NCBI GenBank assembly: GCA_963728405.1
Contig: CAVSJV010000005.1
Span: forward strand, 192,001 to 256,000
DNA: 64,000 nt
Direction of reading: 5' to 3'
Source of the DNA: Methanomassiliicoccaceae archaeon
Lineage (GTDB): Archaea; Thermoplasmatota; Thermoplasmata; Methanomassiliicoccales; Methanomassiliicoccaceae
Numbering within the stretch: the stretch's first letter is position 1; the number at the start of each line of letters is the position of its first letter. Shown here in pieces: positions 31,574 to 41,003 of this stretch. The notes under the pieces were generated by a model, which saw only the letters and a list, made by a program, of their open reading frames with translations, made no database searches and was not told where the DNA came from. The position numbers were made by a program, and so were the translations under genes.

Positions 31574-33450
31574 TTTCTGGACCATTGAATGGTTACTGGC
31601 CCATCGAAGACTATGGGCTCATAGGCAACCGGCATGCGGCCGCTCTCGTGAACAGCGTCGGCTCGATCGATTGGCTGTGCTGGCCCCGATTCGACTCCCC
31701 ATCCATATTCGCAGGTATATTGGATCCGGACAAGGGTGGGAACTGGGACATCCAGCCGACAAGCGATTTCAAGAGCCATCATCGGTACCTGAAGGACACC
31801 AACGTCCTGGAGACGGTCTTCGAGTGTTCTCAGGGCAAGGTTGCGTTGCTCGATTTCATGGACATGACCTGGGCGGAACAGGATGTGGAAGGCGGCCCGC
31901 CGGGAAAGCTGATAAGAATCGTGAGAGGTCTGGACGGCAACGTGGAGATGAAATGCATCTGCCGGCCGCGACCCAACTATGCCCGCGACACCCCGAGAAT
32001 CAATCTAGGAGGCACCGAGGCATCCATTGGCCAGTTCGTGATCACCGGGCCTCAGGGGTGGCTGAAAGATGAGAACGACATGTCTCTTAATCAGACCTTC
32101 GTGGTCCGTCCGGGAGAGCAGCTCTACTTCACTTTGGCCAACGACCTGGACAAGAGCCCGCTGGCCTCCATCTCGGCAGCGCTGCAGTCGACCATGAGCT
32201 ACTGGAGGGGATGGGCTGATAAGTGCATGCTCCAGGGCCCTTACCGCGACATGGTAGTCCGCAGCGCCTTGACCCTTCAGTTGATGACCTACCCGCCCTC
32301 GGGAGCGATCGTGGCCGCGCCGACCACCTCGCTCCCCGAGACGATCGGTGGTGAGATGAACTGGGACTATCGCTTCACCTGGCTCCGGGACGGCTCCTAC
32401 ACGCTGCTCAGCCTGGTAATGGCCGGCTACCCTGACTTTGTCGAAAGATATGCCAAATGGGTGTACAAGACCGTCCAACCAGGTAACGTACAGATCCTCT
32501 ACCCCATCGTCCCTGAGGGGCAGACCAAGGAGGAGACCCTGGACCATCTGAGAGGGTACCGTGATTCGAGGCCGGTCCGCATCGGCAACGAGGCGGCCAA
32601 CCAGGTGCAACTCGATGTGTACGGCGAGCTGATGGGAGCGGGATACTTCGCATGGCGGTCGGGCTTGTTCACCCCTCCGGATGGCGGAAAGAGGATACGC
32701 GCGGTCCTTGATTGGGTATGCGATAACTGGCAAATGCCGGACGCCGGTATCTGGGAGGTGCGGGGAGGCAACCGCAATTTCGTCTATGGAAAGGCCATGC
32801 TGTGGTTAGCGCTGGACCGAGGGATCCAGATGTTCGAGGCGATGGATCTAGAAGGTGATATCAAGCGCTGGCGGGAGACGAAGGACATTATCCGCGAGGA
32901 GATCATGACCAAGGGATGGAGCACTAAGCTCAACGCCTTCAAACAATCGTTCGAGGACGAGTACCTGGACGCGGTCAATCTCATGCTTCCCATCATGGGC
33001 TTCATCGATGGGAAGGATCCCCGCATGCAGTCGACCATCGACGCCACATTGAAGAACTTGGTGGTCAACGGCCTGTGCTACCGGTACAACGAAGCTCCGG
33101 TGGGGGTGGCCGGGAAGGAGGCGACCTTCACATTATGTACCTTCTGGCTGGTTAGTGCTATGATCATGGCCGGTCGGGTCGAGGAGGCCCGCAAGATCTA
33201 CGATAATCTGCTGGCTAAGGCCACTCCCCTCGGATTGTTCGCCGAGGAGCTCGACCCGGAGACTGGAGCGCACGTCGGCAATTTCCCGCAGGCCTTCTCC
33301 CATCTGGGGGTCATACATGCGGCGGTCAACCTTGCCTACTTCGGAGGCATCGGCAAAATAGAATTCGACCTCAGGGAGGTGGCCAATAAGGTGTACGGGA
33401 GTAGCGAGGAAGGAAGGCCCATGGTGGTCAGCACCACGGCCCAAAAGTGA
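31567..33450 (+). CDS. Glycoside hydrolase family 15 (glucoamylase/trehalase-like)
   Basis: IEDYGLIGN, AAPTTSLPE..NWDYRFTWLRD, QLDVYGE, GIWEVRG, GNFPQAFSH. Confidence 0.93.
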   Translation: MLISGPLNGYWPIEDYGLIGNRHAAALVNSVGSIDWLCWPRFDSPSIFAGILDPDKGGNWDIQPTSDFKSHHRYLKDTNVLETVFECSQGKVALLDFMDMTWAEQDVEGGPPGKLIRIVRGLDGNVEMKCICRPRPNYARDTPRINLGGTEASIGQFVITGPQGWLKDENDMSLNQTFVVRPGEQLYFTLANDLDKSPLASISAALQSTMSYWRGWADKCMLQGPYRDMVVRSALTLQLMTYPPSGAIVAAPTTSLPETIGGEMNWDYRFTWLRDGSYTLLSLVMAGYPDFVERYAKWVYKTVQPGNVQILYPIVPEGQTKEETLDHLRGYRDSRPVRIGNEAANQVQLDVYGELMGAGYFAWRSGLFTPPDGGKRIRAVLDWVCDNWQMPDAGIWEVRGGNRNFVYGKAMLWLALDRGIQMFEAMDLEGDIKRWRETKDIIREEIMTKGWSTKLNAFKQSFEDEYLDAVNLMLPIMGFIDGKDPRMQSTIDATLKNLVVNGLCYRYNEAPVGVAGKEATFTLCTFWLVSAMIMAGRVEEARKIYDNLLAKATPLGLFAEELDPETGAHVGNFPQAFSHLGVIHAAVNLAYFGGIGKIEFDLREVANKVYGSSEEGRPMVVSTTAQK

Positions 33451-33613
33451 AACTGAGCCAGGTACGCGTCCTGTAACCAAGGCCTATTAGAACGATCGAG
33501 CTCGGATGCTCGATCGTTTGCAACCCCTCTTTGCCCATCATAGACCGTACTCTCCGAAAAACGGGAGGAAAATATAGAGAAAGCAGGATCCAATCATTAC
33601 TTGAGATGGATAG

Positions 33614-33691
33614 TGGTGGGTCTGCCCGAATTTGAATCGGGGTCTAAGGCTCCCAAAGCCCCAAGGATGGACCAAGCTACCCCACAGACCC
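33614..33691 (-). tRNA. tRNA-Pro(TGG) with encoded CCA
   Basis: Reverse complement GGGTCTGTGGGGTAGCTTGGTCCATCCTTGGGGCTTTGGGAGCCTTAGACCCCGATTCAAATTCGGGCAGACCCACCA. Confidence 0.93.
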
Positions 33692-33807
33692 GTGCTACCG
33701 GTGTAAGGCGACCTCATCAATAAAGCTTATCTTTTGGTCTATTCCGGGCCAGCGTTCTTGATCGTGATTTAGGAACACTTTTTAGCTTGGTCGGCGATGG
33801 CAGCGAG

Positions 33808-34971
33808 ATGAGAAAGGTAGGGGTCATCGCCGCCGTCATAGTGTTGGCGGCCATCCTGATCGGGGCGGGGTTCTACATCGTGGTGTTGTCGATGAACGGC
33901 AGGGCCGTCGGGTTCGATCCCACCGAGCTAAACAAGCCCACCATCAACTATGCCCAGGTTGTCGACAACACCCTGCCGACGCCGCTGACCGCCACGGTCC
34001 CGACATACGACGATGTTAACCTTTTCTGGAACATCACGGAGGACGTCTATGCTGGCTTCGGCGGAGCGCTGGACCTCACCATCCAAAACAAGAATCCCGG
34101 AAAGATGTTTGTTTATTCTTTTGGCCTACAATGGGTTACCGACGGCAGCTCCTACTTCCGCAATTGCAGCGTCACCATCGACCACAACCAGAAGACGCAT
34201 GTAGGGTTGCTGATCTTCGGGGCTCCCTCCGCCGGGAACCGCGACTACAAGCTCGTGATCAAGGCCGCCGTCTCCAATGTACTGGGAACCGCGTGGCATG
34301 ACATCGGAGAGCTGCCTAGCACTTCCAACGAAGCCCTGATAATCGATATGGGCGATCCCATCAACTATAACGTCGATCTCAATGTCGGCAGCTTCTACAA
34401 CCGCATCAACGAGCGGGTGAGCTACACCGACGTTTCGGTAGTGGCCAACTATGTCGAGGCGAAGTATCCGGGTAGCTACAGCGTCCTGCAGATCGCCGAG
34501 GCGTACGCCTGGGTGAAGCAGAACGTGAACTATCTCACGGACCAATCGGGCGACTACTGGCAGAGCGCCAAAGAAACGCTGGACCTGAGGACGGGCGATT
34601 GTGAGGACCACGCCATATTGATGGCGAGCATCATCGGTGCCCTGGGCGGAAGCGCCCGGGTCAATGTGATCCAGGAGCACGCTTTCCCCACCGTGTTCGT
34701 CGCTTCCACCTACGCCGACCTGATGAAGGTAAAGCTGTCTCTAGCCTCGTATTATGGTGTGGACGCCGCCACCTTCAAGATGGCCTACCTGACCGATGAC
34801 AATGGTTACTGGCTGGTCATCGATACCACCGGCTTCCCGTATGTCGGGGGCATCCCCGCCAAATCAGAACCGACCACCGCCGACGGGAACTGGACCGTTC
34901 AATCGAGCTACCTATACTTGATCGACGCGACCGGCGTCCCCGCGTCCAACGACCCGTTCGGCCTGTTCTAG
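33808..34971 (+). CDS. Membrane-anchored transglutaminase-like (Cys-His-Asp) protein
   Basis: N-terminal TM helix; DYWQSAKETL..GDCEDHA, EHAF, IDTT. Confidence 0.85.
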   Translation: MRKVGVIAAVIVLAAILIGAGFYIVVLSMNGRAVGFDPTELNKPTINYAQVVDNTLPTPLTATVPTYDDVNLFWNITEDVYAGFGGALDLTIQNKNPGKMFVYSFGLQWVTDGSSYFRNCSVTIDHNQKTHVGLLIFGAPSAGNRDYKLVIKAAVSNVLGTAWHDIGELPSTSNEALIIDMGDPINYNVDLNVGSFYNRINERVSYTDVSVVANYVEAKYPGSYSVLQIAEAYAWVKQNVNYLTDQSGDYWQSAKETLDLRTGDCEDHAILMASIIGALGGSARVNVIQEHAFPTVFVASTYADLMKVKLSLASYYGVDAATFKMAYLTDDNGYWLVIDTTGFPYVGGIPAKSEPTTADGNWTVQSSYLYLIDATGVPASNDPFGLF

Positions 34972-35926
34972 GCCAGGATATCCTGGACGGCCTGGCGGAT
35001 CGCTTCCCTGCTGTTCAGCCGGGGCTCCCAACCGCGGGCGGTCAGCTTATCGACGGCCAGTAGCATCTTCTTGACATCCCCGACCCAACCACGACCGCCC
35101 TTCACCCCGCCGGTCCACCGATACTCAACTGTCCGGCAGCCGCATCTCATCGATCACGATATCGGCGATGTCCTTGACCGTCATCCAGTCCTTGGAACCG
35201 ATGTTGTATATCTCGACCTGTTCCTTTGCCGCTTCCGCACCGGCGACCATGCCGCTGACGCAGTCCTTGACATGGACGTACGATTTGGTCGTCCCCGGCT
35301 CGGCCCCCAGGATCTCCAGGTGCTGCGGGTCTTCCCTCAGCTTGCGGATGAAGTCATGGAGCACGTTATGCGTCGATCTCGTGCCCACCACAGTTAGCGA
35401 AGCGGTAGATGACCGCATTCTGATCGAACGTGTGACAGTAGGATGAGATAAGCGCCTCGCAGGCTAGCTTCGATGCGCCGTAGATCGATATGGGGATGAG
35501 CGGTCCGTAATCCTCCGGGGTCGGGATGACCTCCGTCTCGCCGTAGATGGTCGAGGTGGAAGGGAACATGAGGTCCTTGACCCCATGGTCCTTCCCCGCC
35601 TCCAGCAGCCGGTACGTGACCTCGATGTTCTGCTCGAAATGCACCCTGGTGTTCTTCGCCCCCAGCCTGACGTCGGGATTGGCGGCGAGATGGCACACTA
35701 CCTCCACGTCCCTGAGCGCGGGGGCCAGGTCCATGGTGAGAAGATCGCCTTCGATGAACTCGAAGTTGTCGTTCTCGAGCATGCCGGTCATGAATTCCCG
35801 CTTTCCGGCGGAGAGATTATCCAGACCTACCACGCGGTTGCCGCGGGCTAACAGCTCCTCGGCCAAATGGCTGGCTATGAAACCGGCACATCCCGTGACC
35901 ATTATCTTCCTATCACTGAGCCTCAT
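34968..35926 (-). CDS. NAD-dependent epimerase/dehydratase (GalE-like); frameshifts near 35400 and 35130
   Basis: VTGCAGFIASH, HLAANPDV, YGASKL; continuation KSYVHVKD, YNIGS, GWVGDV in other frames. Confidence 0.88.
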
Positions 35927-36479
35927 CGAACCTTCTCCTTAGTTCCGCAGAGAAGGCTTGGACAGCCTTCCCCCGGTGGGATATACGATTCTTCTCCTCT
36001 ATTGATATTTCGGCAAATGTTTGCATGTAGCCAGATGGCACGAACAGGGGATCGAAGCCGAAGCCATCGGTCCCGGACGGCCTCAGCGCCATGGAGCCGT
36101 CGCATCGCCCGGTGACGGTGAACTCCTCGCCGTCGATGGAGGCGCCGATGCAGCATTCGAAGTGAGCGGAGCGATCATCCCGACCCTCGAGCAATCGGAG
36201 CACGCCGTCCAGCCCGATGGTCTTCAGCGCGTATGAGGAGTAGACCCCGGGGAAGCCTTTCAGGGTGTGAACGAACAGCCCCGAGTCGTCGATGACGAAG
36301 TCCTTCAGCTCCTTGTCCTTGAGCTGCTGGAGACAGGAGAGCACCACCTCCTGCAAAGAGTCGGCCTGGATCTCGTCGCAGTCCTCGGACGAGTGCTCCA
36401 CCTCGTATCCCAGGGGCGAGAGCGCCGAGCGGAACTCTCGTAGCTTGCCCTGGTTCGAGGTTACCAAACGGAGCTTCAG
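35913..36479 (-). CDS. rdgB: Non-canonical purine NTP pyrophosphatase (RdgB/HAM1)
   Basis: TSNQGKLRE, DDSGL, FPGVYS, GFGFDPLF, SHRGKA. Confidence 0.93.
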   Translation of the reverse strand: MKLRLVTSNQGKLREFRSALSPLGYEVEHSSEDCDEIQADSLQEVVLSCLQQLKDKELKDFVIDDSGLFVHTLKGFPGVYSSYALKTIGLDGVLRLLEGRDDRSAHFECCIGASIDGEEFTVTGRCDGSMALRPSGTDGFGFDPLFVPSGYMQTFAEISIEEKNRISHRGKAVQAFSAELRRRFDEAQ

Positions 36480-37090
36480 GTGTATCTCCCCCGACCCTCG
36501 ATCTCCTTCATCTTCTTGATGACCTCATCGGCCCGATCGAAGTTCAGACGGTAGGCTCCGAGGATGAGGGGGAACTTGTCCATGAGCGTGGAGTGAGCGG
36601 ACTGGAATGCTTCCTTGAGCAGATGGATGTCCACGCCCATCTCCTCGGTCATGGCGCATCTCGAGCCCAAAGAGAAGTCAATGAACCACATCCTTCCTTC
36701 GCTCATGATCATGTTGGACATGGTCAGGTCGCCGTGCACGATGCCCGCCCGGTGCAGCAGAGCGATTAACCGCCCCATCTCCTGGCATAGTGCTTCGACC
36801 TCTTCAGGGACGGCGCGGTCCAGCTCGTCCTTGACCCGTGGACCCTTCACCTCTTCCATGGTTATCTCGGCGTTGACCATGTCGATGTCATAGATGACTG
36901 GCGTCGGCACACCGTGCTCGCGGGCCTCATGGATCAGGCGGGCCTCGTTGCGGGTGCGGGTGACCCGTAGTGCGCGGTCCAGGTCCGGATGCCTATAGCT
37001 CTTAGGCACCCTGCTCTTGACCACTACCGCCCGGCCCATCCATTCTCCGGACCGGATCTCGGCCTCCGCGCCTCTGCGTATCACTGCCAC
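36476..37090 (-). CDS. bud32: KEOPS complex kinase/ATPase Bud32
   Basis: RGAEAEI, RVPKSYRHP, HGDLTMSN, IDF, RGRY C-terminus. Confidence 0.93.
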   Translation of the reverse strand: MAVIRRGAEAEIRSGEWMGRAVVVKSRVPKSYRHPDLDRALRVTRTRNEARLIHEAREHGVPTPVIYDIDMVNAEITMEEVKGPRVKDELDRAVPEEVEALCQEMGRLIALLHRAGIVHGDLTMSNMIMSEGRMWFIDFSLGSRCAMTEEMGVDIHLLKEAFQSAHSTLMDKFPLILGAYRLNFDRADEVIKKMKEIEGRGRYT

Positions 37091-37123
37091 GAGCGTGCTA
37101 AGCGCGGCCGGCCTAATAATCTT

Positions 37124-38938
37124 TCAGGCCGCTCCCTCCGCCCCTTCGCGATCGCCCACCATGGGCAGGGAATAGAACTCCACGAGGCGCTGCTCAAGGT
37201 CCCCCACCCGCTCTATGTCGACGTCATCGGGGAACGATGCACGCACCGCCGACAGCAGGTAGCGATCGTCCATCAGTATCACCGCCGCCCGGTCCCTCTC
37301 TCCCCTTATGGCCCGTCCGGCGGCCTGCAGCACCTTCGAAACGGCCGGGTACACCTGTACGTAGAGATTTGCCTTCCTAGGTCCAAAACGCTTCTCCATG
37401 CGGTCGAGCATCCCCTCCTGCTCTCGCGAGGGCGGCGACAGGGGCAGGCCGACCACGATGACCATGCTCAATAGGTTGTCGCGAAAGTCCACCCCTTCCG
37501 AAAGTGATCCGCTGATCGCCCCCAATAATAGGTTCCGCCCTTCCCGCAGCTGGCAGAGCACAGCGTCCCGTTCGTTCTTGCCGTGCTCTCTCCTCTCGAC
37601 GACCAGGCGGCGGTCCCGGACGGACGGCTCGAGGAGCTTTTCCACTTTCCCCAGGAAATCGTAGGAGGGGAAGAACACAGCAACATTGCCCGGTACGTTC
37701 TCAACGCATCTTGCCACCTCTCGGGCCACTGATTCATACATCGCCGGGGTCCGCAACCGGAAACGGGACGACACCCCCCCGGATGCAAGCACCAGCCGGT
37801 TCTCCGGAGGGAAGGGGGAGGGATAGCGGCGGCAGATCGCTCCCTCTGCTCCCAGCACTTCGGCGAACATCTCCGGCGGGTGGAGCGTGCCGCTCATGAT
37901 CAGTGTGCTGCGCACCCGGGCCAACACCGGAGCGGTCACCAAGGATGGGTCGATCAGGCCGACCACCAGGCGGGCGGGGTCGCCGTCAACATAGCGCACC
38001 GTGGCCTGGTTCGGAGCGCTCCAGGCATATAGGAAATCGACCAGCCCATCCAGGTCCGCCCCTCGGGAGGCGGCCTCGATCTCTTCGGCCAGACCTCCGG
38101 TGTCAACGCCACAGGCATGCTTCAGCGGCCCGTCCAGGTCCTCCGCTGTCATCTTCTCGGGGCGTCTCTTCTCCATTCGGGAGAGGATCTCGGCAATGAT
38201 GTCCAGGTCCTCGGTGAAGTGTTTCAACGATGGAGATGACCGAGCCCTCTGGAGGGCTGCGGCCGTCAAAGAACCGCTCCCTCCGTCCATCACCCTATTC
38301 GGCAGGTTGTGGGCCTCGTCCACCACTACGACCGCCTCATCCTCCCGGCGCCCCAGGCGCTGCAGCAGATTGGGCCCTCGGCCGAAGATCTGGTTATAGT
38401 CCCCGATGATTACCGTCGCTTCCGCTGCAGCCCGTAGCGCCACGCGATGCGGGCAGAGGCCGGCCCGAAGGCATAGGCGCATGCCTTCCTGAGTGTGGAG
38501 CGGATAGTCGAGGAGAAGCGACTGGGAGCCCTCGGGGTCCCGCGAGAAGAAGCATTGGCGCCCTTCGGCGCATGGTGCTCTCCTGCCCTCGTGACGCGCC
38601 AGGCACATATCTTCCCTGGCTATGAGGTCGACCACTCCGATCCGGCTCTTCTTCCATATGCCCCTCAGCGTCTCGATGGCGATGGCATGCTGGGCCTGCC
38701 GAGAGGTCAGGAACAGCACCACCCCACCGCAGGCCAGGGCCGTCTCCACCGCTGCGGTCAAGGCCACCGCGGTCTTGCCCAGCCCGGTGGGGGCATGGGC
38801 AACCAGATGCGTTCTTTGGGCCATGCACATCCGGGCATCCTCGAGGAACCTCTCTTGTCCCCCGCGGACAACCCGGTGGGGGAACAAGCCTGATGCCCGC
38901 CCCTCCTCTACCCTAAGATGTACCTCGCAGGCTTCCAT
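37124..38938 (-). CDS. XPD/Rad3/DinG-family Fe-S DNA helicase
   Basis: APTGLGKT, Cys cluster, DEAH, SGTL, FFPSY, EGVDF, QAAGRAIR. Confidence 0.9.
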   Translation of the reverse strand: MEACEVHLRVEEGRASGLFPHRVVRGGQERFLEDARMCMAQRTHLVAHAPTGLGKTAVALTAAVETALACGGVVLFLTSRQAQHAIAIETLRGIWKKSRIGVVDLIAREDMCLARHEGRRAPCAEGRQCFFSRDPEGSQSLLLDYPLHTQEGMRLCLRAGLCPHRVALRAAAEATVIIGDYNQIFGRGPNLLQRLGRREDEAVVVVDEAHNLPNRVMDGGSGSLTAAALQRARSSPSLKHFTEDLDIIAEILSRMEKRRPEKMTAEDLDGPLKHACGVDTGGLAEEIEAASRGADLDGLVDFLYAWSAPNQATVRYVDGDPARLVVGLIDPSLVTAPVLARVRSTLIMSGTLHPPEMFAEVLGAEGAICRRYPSPFPPENRLVLASGGVSSRFRLRTPAMYESVAREVARCVENVPGNVAVFFPSYDFLGKVEKLLEPSVRDRRLVVERREHGKNERDAVLCQLREGRNLLLGAISGSLSEGVDFRDNLLSMVIVVGLPLSPPSREQEGMLDRMEKRFGPRKANLYVQVYPAVSKVLQAAGRAIRGERDRAAVILMDDRYLLSAVRASFPDDVDIERVGDLEQRLVEFYSLPMVGDREGAEGAA

Positions 38939-39036
38939 GACTGGTCGATGTCGCTAGCCCCTAGCCATCGATTGTGACTAACCGTAAGCTGCGCTCAGAA
39001 ACAGTAATAACCGCGTCGCTTGTGTAAAACTGAACG

Positions 39037-40314
39037 ATGGAGCGGGGACGGGTCGATCGGCAGCGGCAGGGGGTGCAGATCGCCGCGATTCTATTCTTGA
39101 CCGTCCTTTCGGCCTATCTGGCCCGCATATCGCTCTCGGTCGCGTTGCCGTTCATCGCCCTGGACTACGGGTGGTCCGCCGAGCAGTTGGGCGGGCTGGG
39201 CGGAGTATTGCTGGGCATATTCCTGGTCGGTTACGGACTATCGAACATATTCATCAGCCCGCTCGCCGATTGCTACGGTCCACGGAAAGGATTGCTCATT
39301 GCCGTGCTGTCGTGGTCCATACTGACCTTGCTGACCGGTGTGGTGGGAATGTACTACGCCGCGTTCATCCTGCTGCGTACATCTCTGGGGCTGGCCCAGG
39401 GGGTGGTATTCCCCGCCGCAGGAAAGATCACTCAGGCCTGGTCCCCCCCGGAGCAGAGGTCCCGGATGAATGCGCTGTACTATGGTGCCATCGCTCTGGC
39501 CAATATTCTGTCGCCGCTCCTGCTGATCCCGCTCATCATCCTTACTTCCTGGAACATCATGTTCATCGTCCTGGCGGGCCTCGGGTTCGCCCTTCTGGTG
39601 CCGATGTTCCTCTGGCTCAGGGACTCTCCCGAAGGGCCGGCAAGCTGCGAGCAGAAGACCCTGGCCGATAACGTGGTATATGCCTTCAAAAATCTGAAGG
39701 AGGCCATCCGGGTCAAGGGGTTGTTCGTCCTTACGCTGGGCCACGCTCTGGAATCGATCGTATTCTGGGGCCTCTCCATGTGGTTGCCGACCTTCTTGGT
39801 GATGGCTCGTGGCTTTTCCCCCGACGAGCTAGTGTGGGCGGCCGCGCTTCCATACTTTGGATATATAGTCGGCCTGATCGTCGGTTCCTTCCTTAGCGAC
39901 CGCACCGGCAAGCGGTCCCGGGTCACTGGTCTGTTCTGCCTGGCCGGTGCCGCGGTTTTCTTCCTTATGATCCCTCTGGTCGGAAAGTGGGAGACCATCG
40001 CTGCCCTGGGTGTGGAGTTCTTCTTCATTGCGTTGGTGGGGCCGAACGTAGCGATGTTACTTCAGGGGTGCTGCACTTCCCGACTGACCTGTTCAGCGAC
40101 AGGGATAGAGAATGGGATCGCCAACGGTTTGGGGGCACTGGGCCCCATCCTCGTCGGCCTGGTGGTGCTGATGACCGGCTCTTACAATTCGGCCTTCTTC
40201 TTGCTCGCATTCCTCCTGATCTTGAGCGGGGTGGTCATCCTGAGGTTTAAGATATACGAGCGAGAGGCTAAGTGCCCTCTCCCTGAGCGAGGAGAGAAAG
40301 ATTATCATAATTGA
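39037..40314 (+). CDS. MFS transporter (ACS-like, 12 TM)
   Basis: LADCYGPRK, LSDRTGKR motifs and 12 hydrophobic segments. Confidence 0.88.
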   Translation: MERGRVDRQRQGVQIAAILFLTVLSAYLARISLSVALPFIALDYGWSAEQLGGLGGVLLGIFLVGYGLSNIFISPLADCYGPRKGLLIAVLSWSILTLLTGVVGMYYAAFILLRTSLGLAQGVVFPAAGKITQAWSPPEQRSRMNALYYGAIALANILSPLLLIPLIILTSWNIMFIVLAGLGFALLVPMFLWLRDSPEGPASCEQKTLADNVVYAFKNLKEAIRVKGLFVLTLGHALESIVFWGLSMWLPTFLVMARGFSPDELVWAAALPYFGYIVGLIVGSFLSDRTGKRSRVTGLFCLAGAAVFFLMIPLVGKWETIAALGVEFFFIALVGPNVAMLLQGCCTSRLTCSATGIENGIANGLGALGPILVGLVVLMTGSYNSAFFLLAFLLILSGVVILRFKIYEREAKCPLPERGEKDYHN

Positions 40315-40331
40315 ACTCGTTTTAAATTGCC

Positions 40332-41003
40332 ATGGACAAGCTGCCCTTCGGCTGCGGGAGCCTCGACGCCATGCTGGAAGGCGGCGTGGAAGCCGGTTGC
40401 GTCACCATGCTCTACGGTGAGGCCGGCACCGGCAAGACCACGCTCTGCCTCCTGCTGGCCAAGGACGTGGCCAGGGCGGGCAAGAAAGTGATCTATCTCG
40501 ACACCGAGGGGGTGTCGATGGATCGGCTGCGCCAGGTGGCTGGACCTGATTTCGAGGGGGTGGCCAAGAACATCCTGTTCTCCGCCATCAGCAGCTTTGA
40601 CGAGCAGGAGCGGATGGTGGACAAAGCGATCAAGCTCGCCCAGAGCAGCGTGGACGTGGGCATGGTCATCATCGACTCCATATCCATGCACTATCGATTG
40701 ACCAGCCGGGAAGAGGACCGCGGGGAGCGAAAATCGTTAGCCGGTCAGTCGACCAAGCTTACCAACCTGGCCCGGGAGAAGTCCATCCCTGTTCTGGTCA
40801 CTTCTCAGGTCTACACCGACGTGGAGACGGGAACGTTCGAAGCGCTGGGCGGGCATGCCCTGCATCACAACGCCAAGCTCATCGTGCGCGTCGACAAGGC
40901 CGGGTCCGGCGGGATGAGGAGGGCGGTGCTGATGAAGGCGCGCCATCTGCCCGAAGGCCTGGTGGCGGACTTCAAGCTCACTGGCACCGGGATCAGATGC
41001 TAG
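40332..41003 (+). CDS. radB: DNA repair protein RadB
   Basis: LEGGVEAG..YGEAGTGKT, YLDTEG, IIDS, short RecA core lacking the N-terminal HhH. Confidence 0.92.
   Translation: MDKLPFGCGSLDAMLEGGVEAGCVTMLYGEAGTGKTTLCLLLAKDVARAGKKVIYLDTEGVSMDRLRQVAGPDFEGVAKNILFSAISSFDEQERMVDKAIKLAQSSVDVGMVIIDSISMHYRLTSREEDRGERKSLAGQSTKLTNLAREKSIPVLVTSQVYTDVETGTFEALGGHALHHNAKLIVRVDKAGSGGMRRAVLMKARHLPEGLVADFKLTGTGIRC

Larger units (their letters stand above)
26453..33613. mobile_element. tRNA-Pro-anchored genomic island of three tandem cassettes; no integrase in the window
   Basis: tRNA 3'-end-like sequences at about 26455, 28127 and 29588 match tRNA-Pro 33614-33630; AT-rich spacers; accessory cargo genes. Confidence 0.7.

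Noticed and set aside
26453-33630. CRISPR array interpretation of the recurring 15-18 bp motif
   Set aside because: Spacing is kilobases, copies match a tRNA end, and no cas genes or regular repeat-spacer pattern were seen anywhere in the window.
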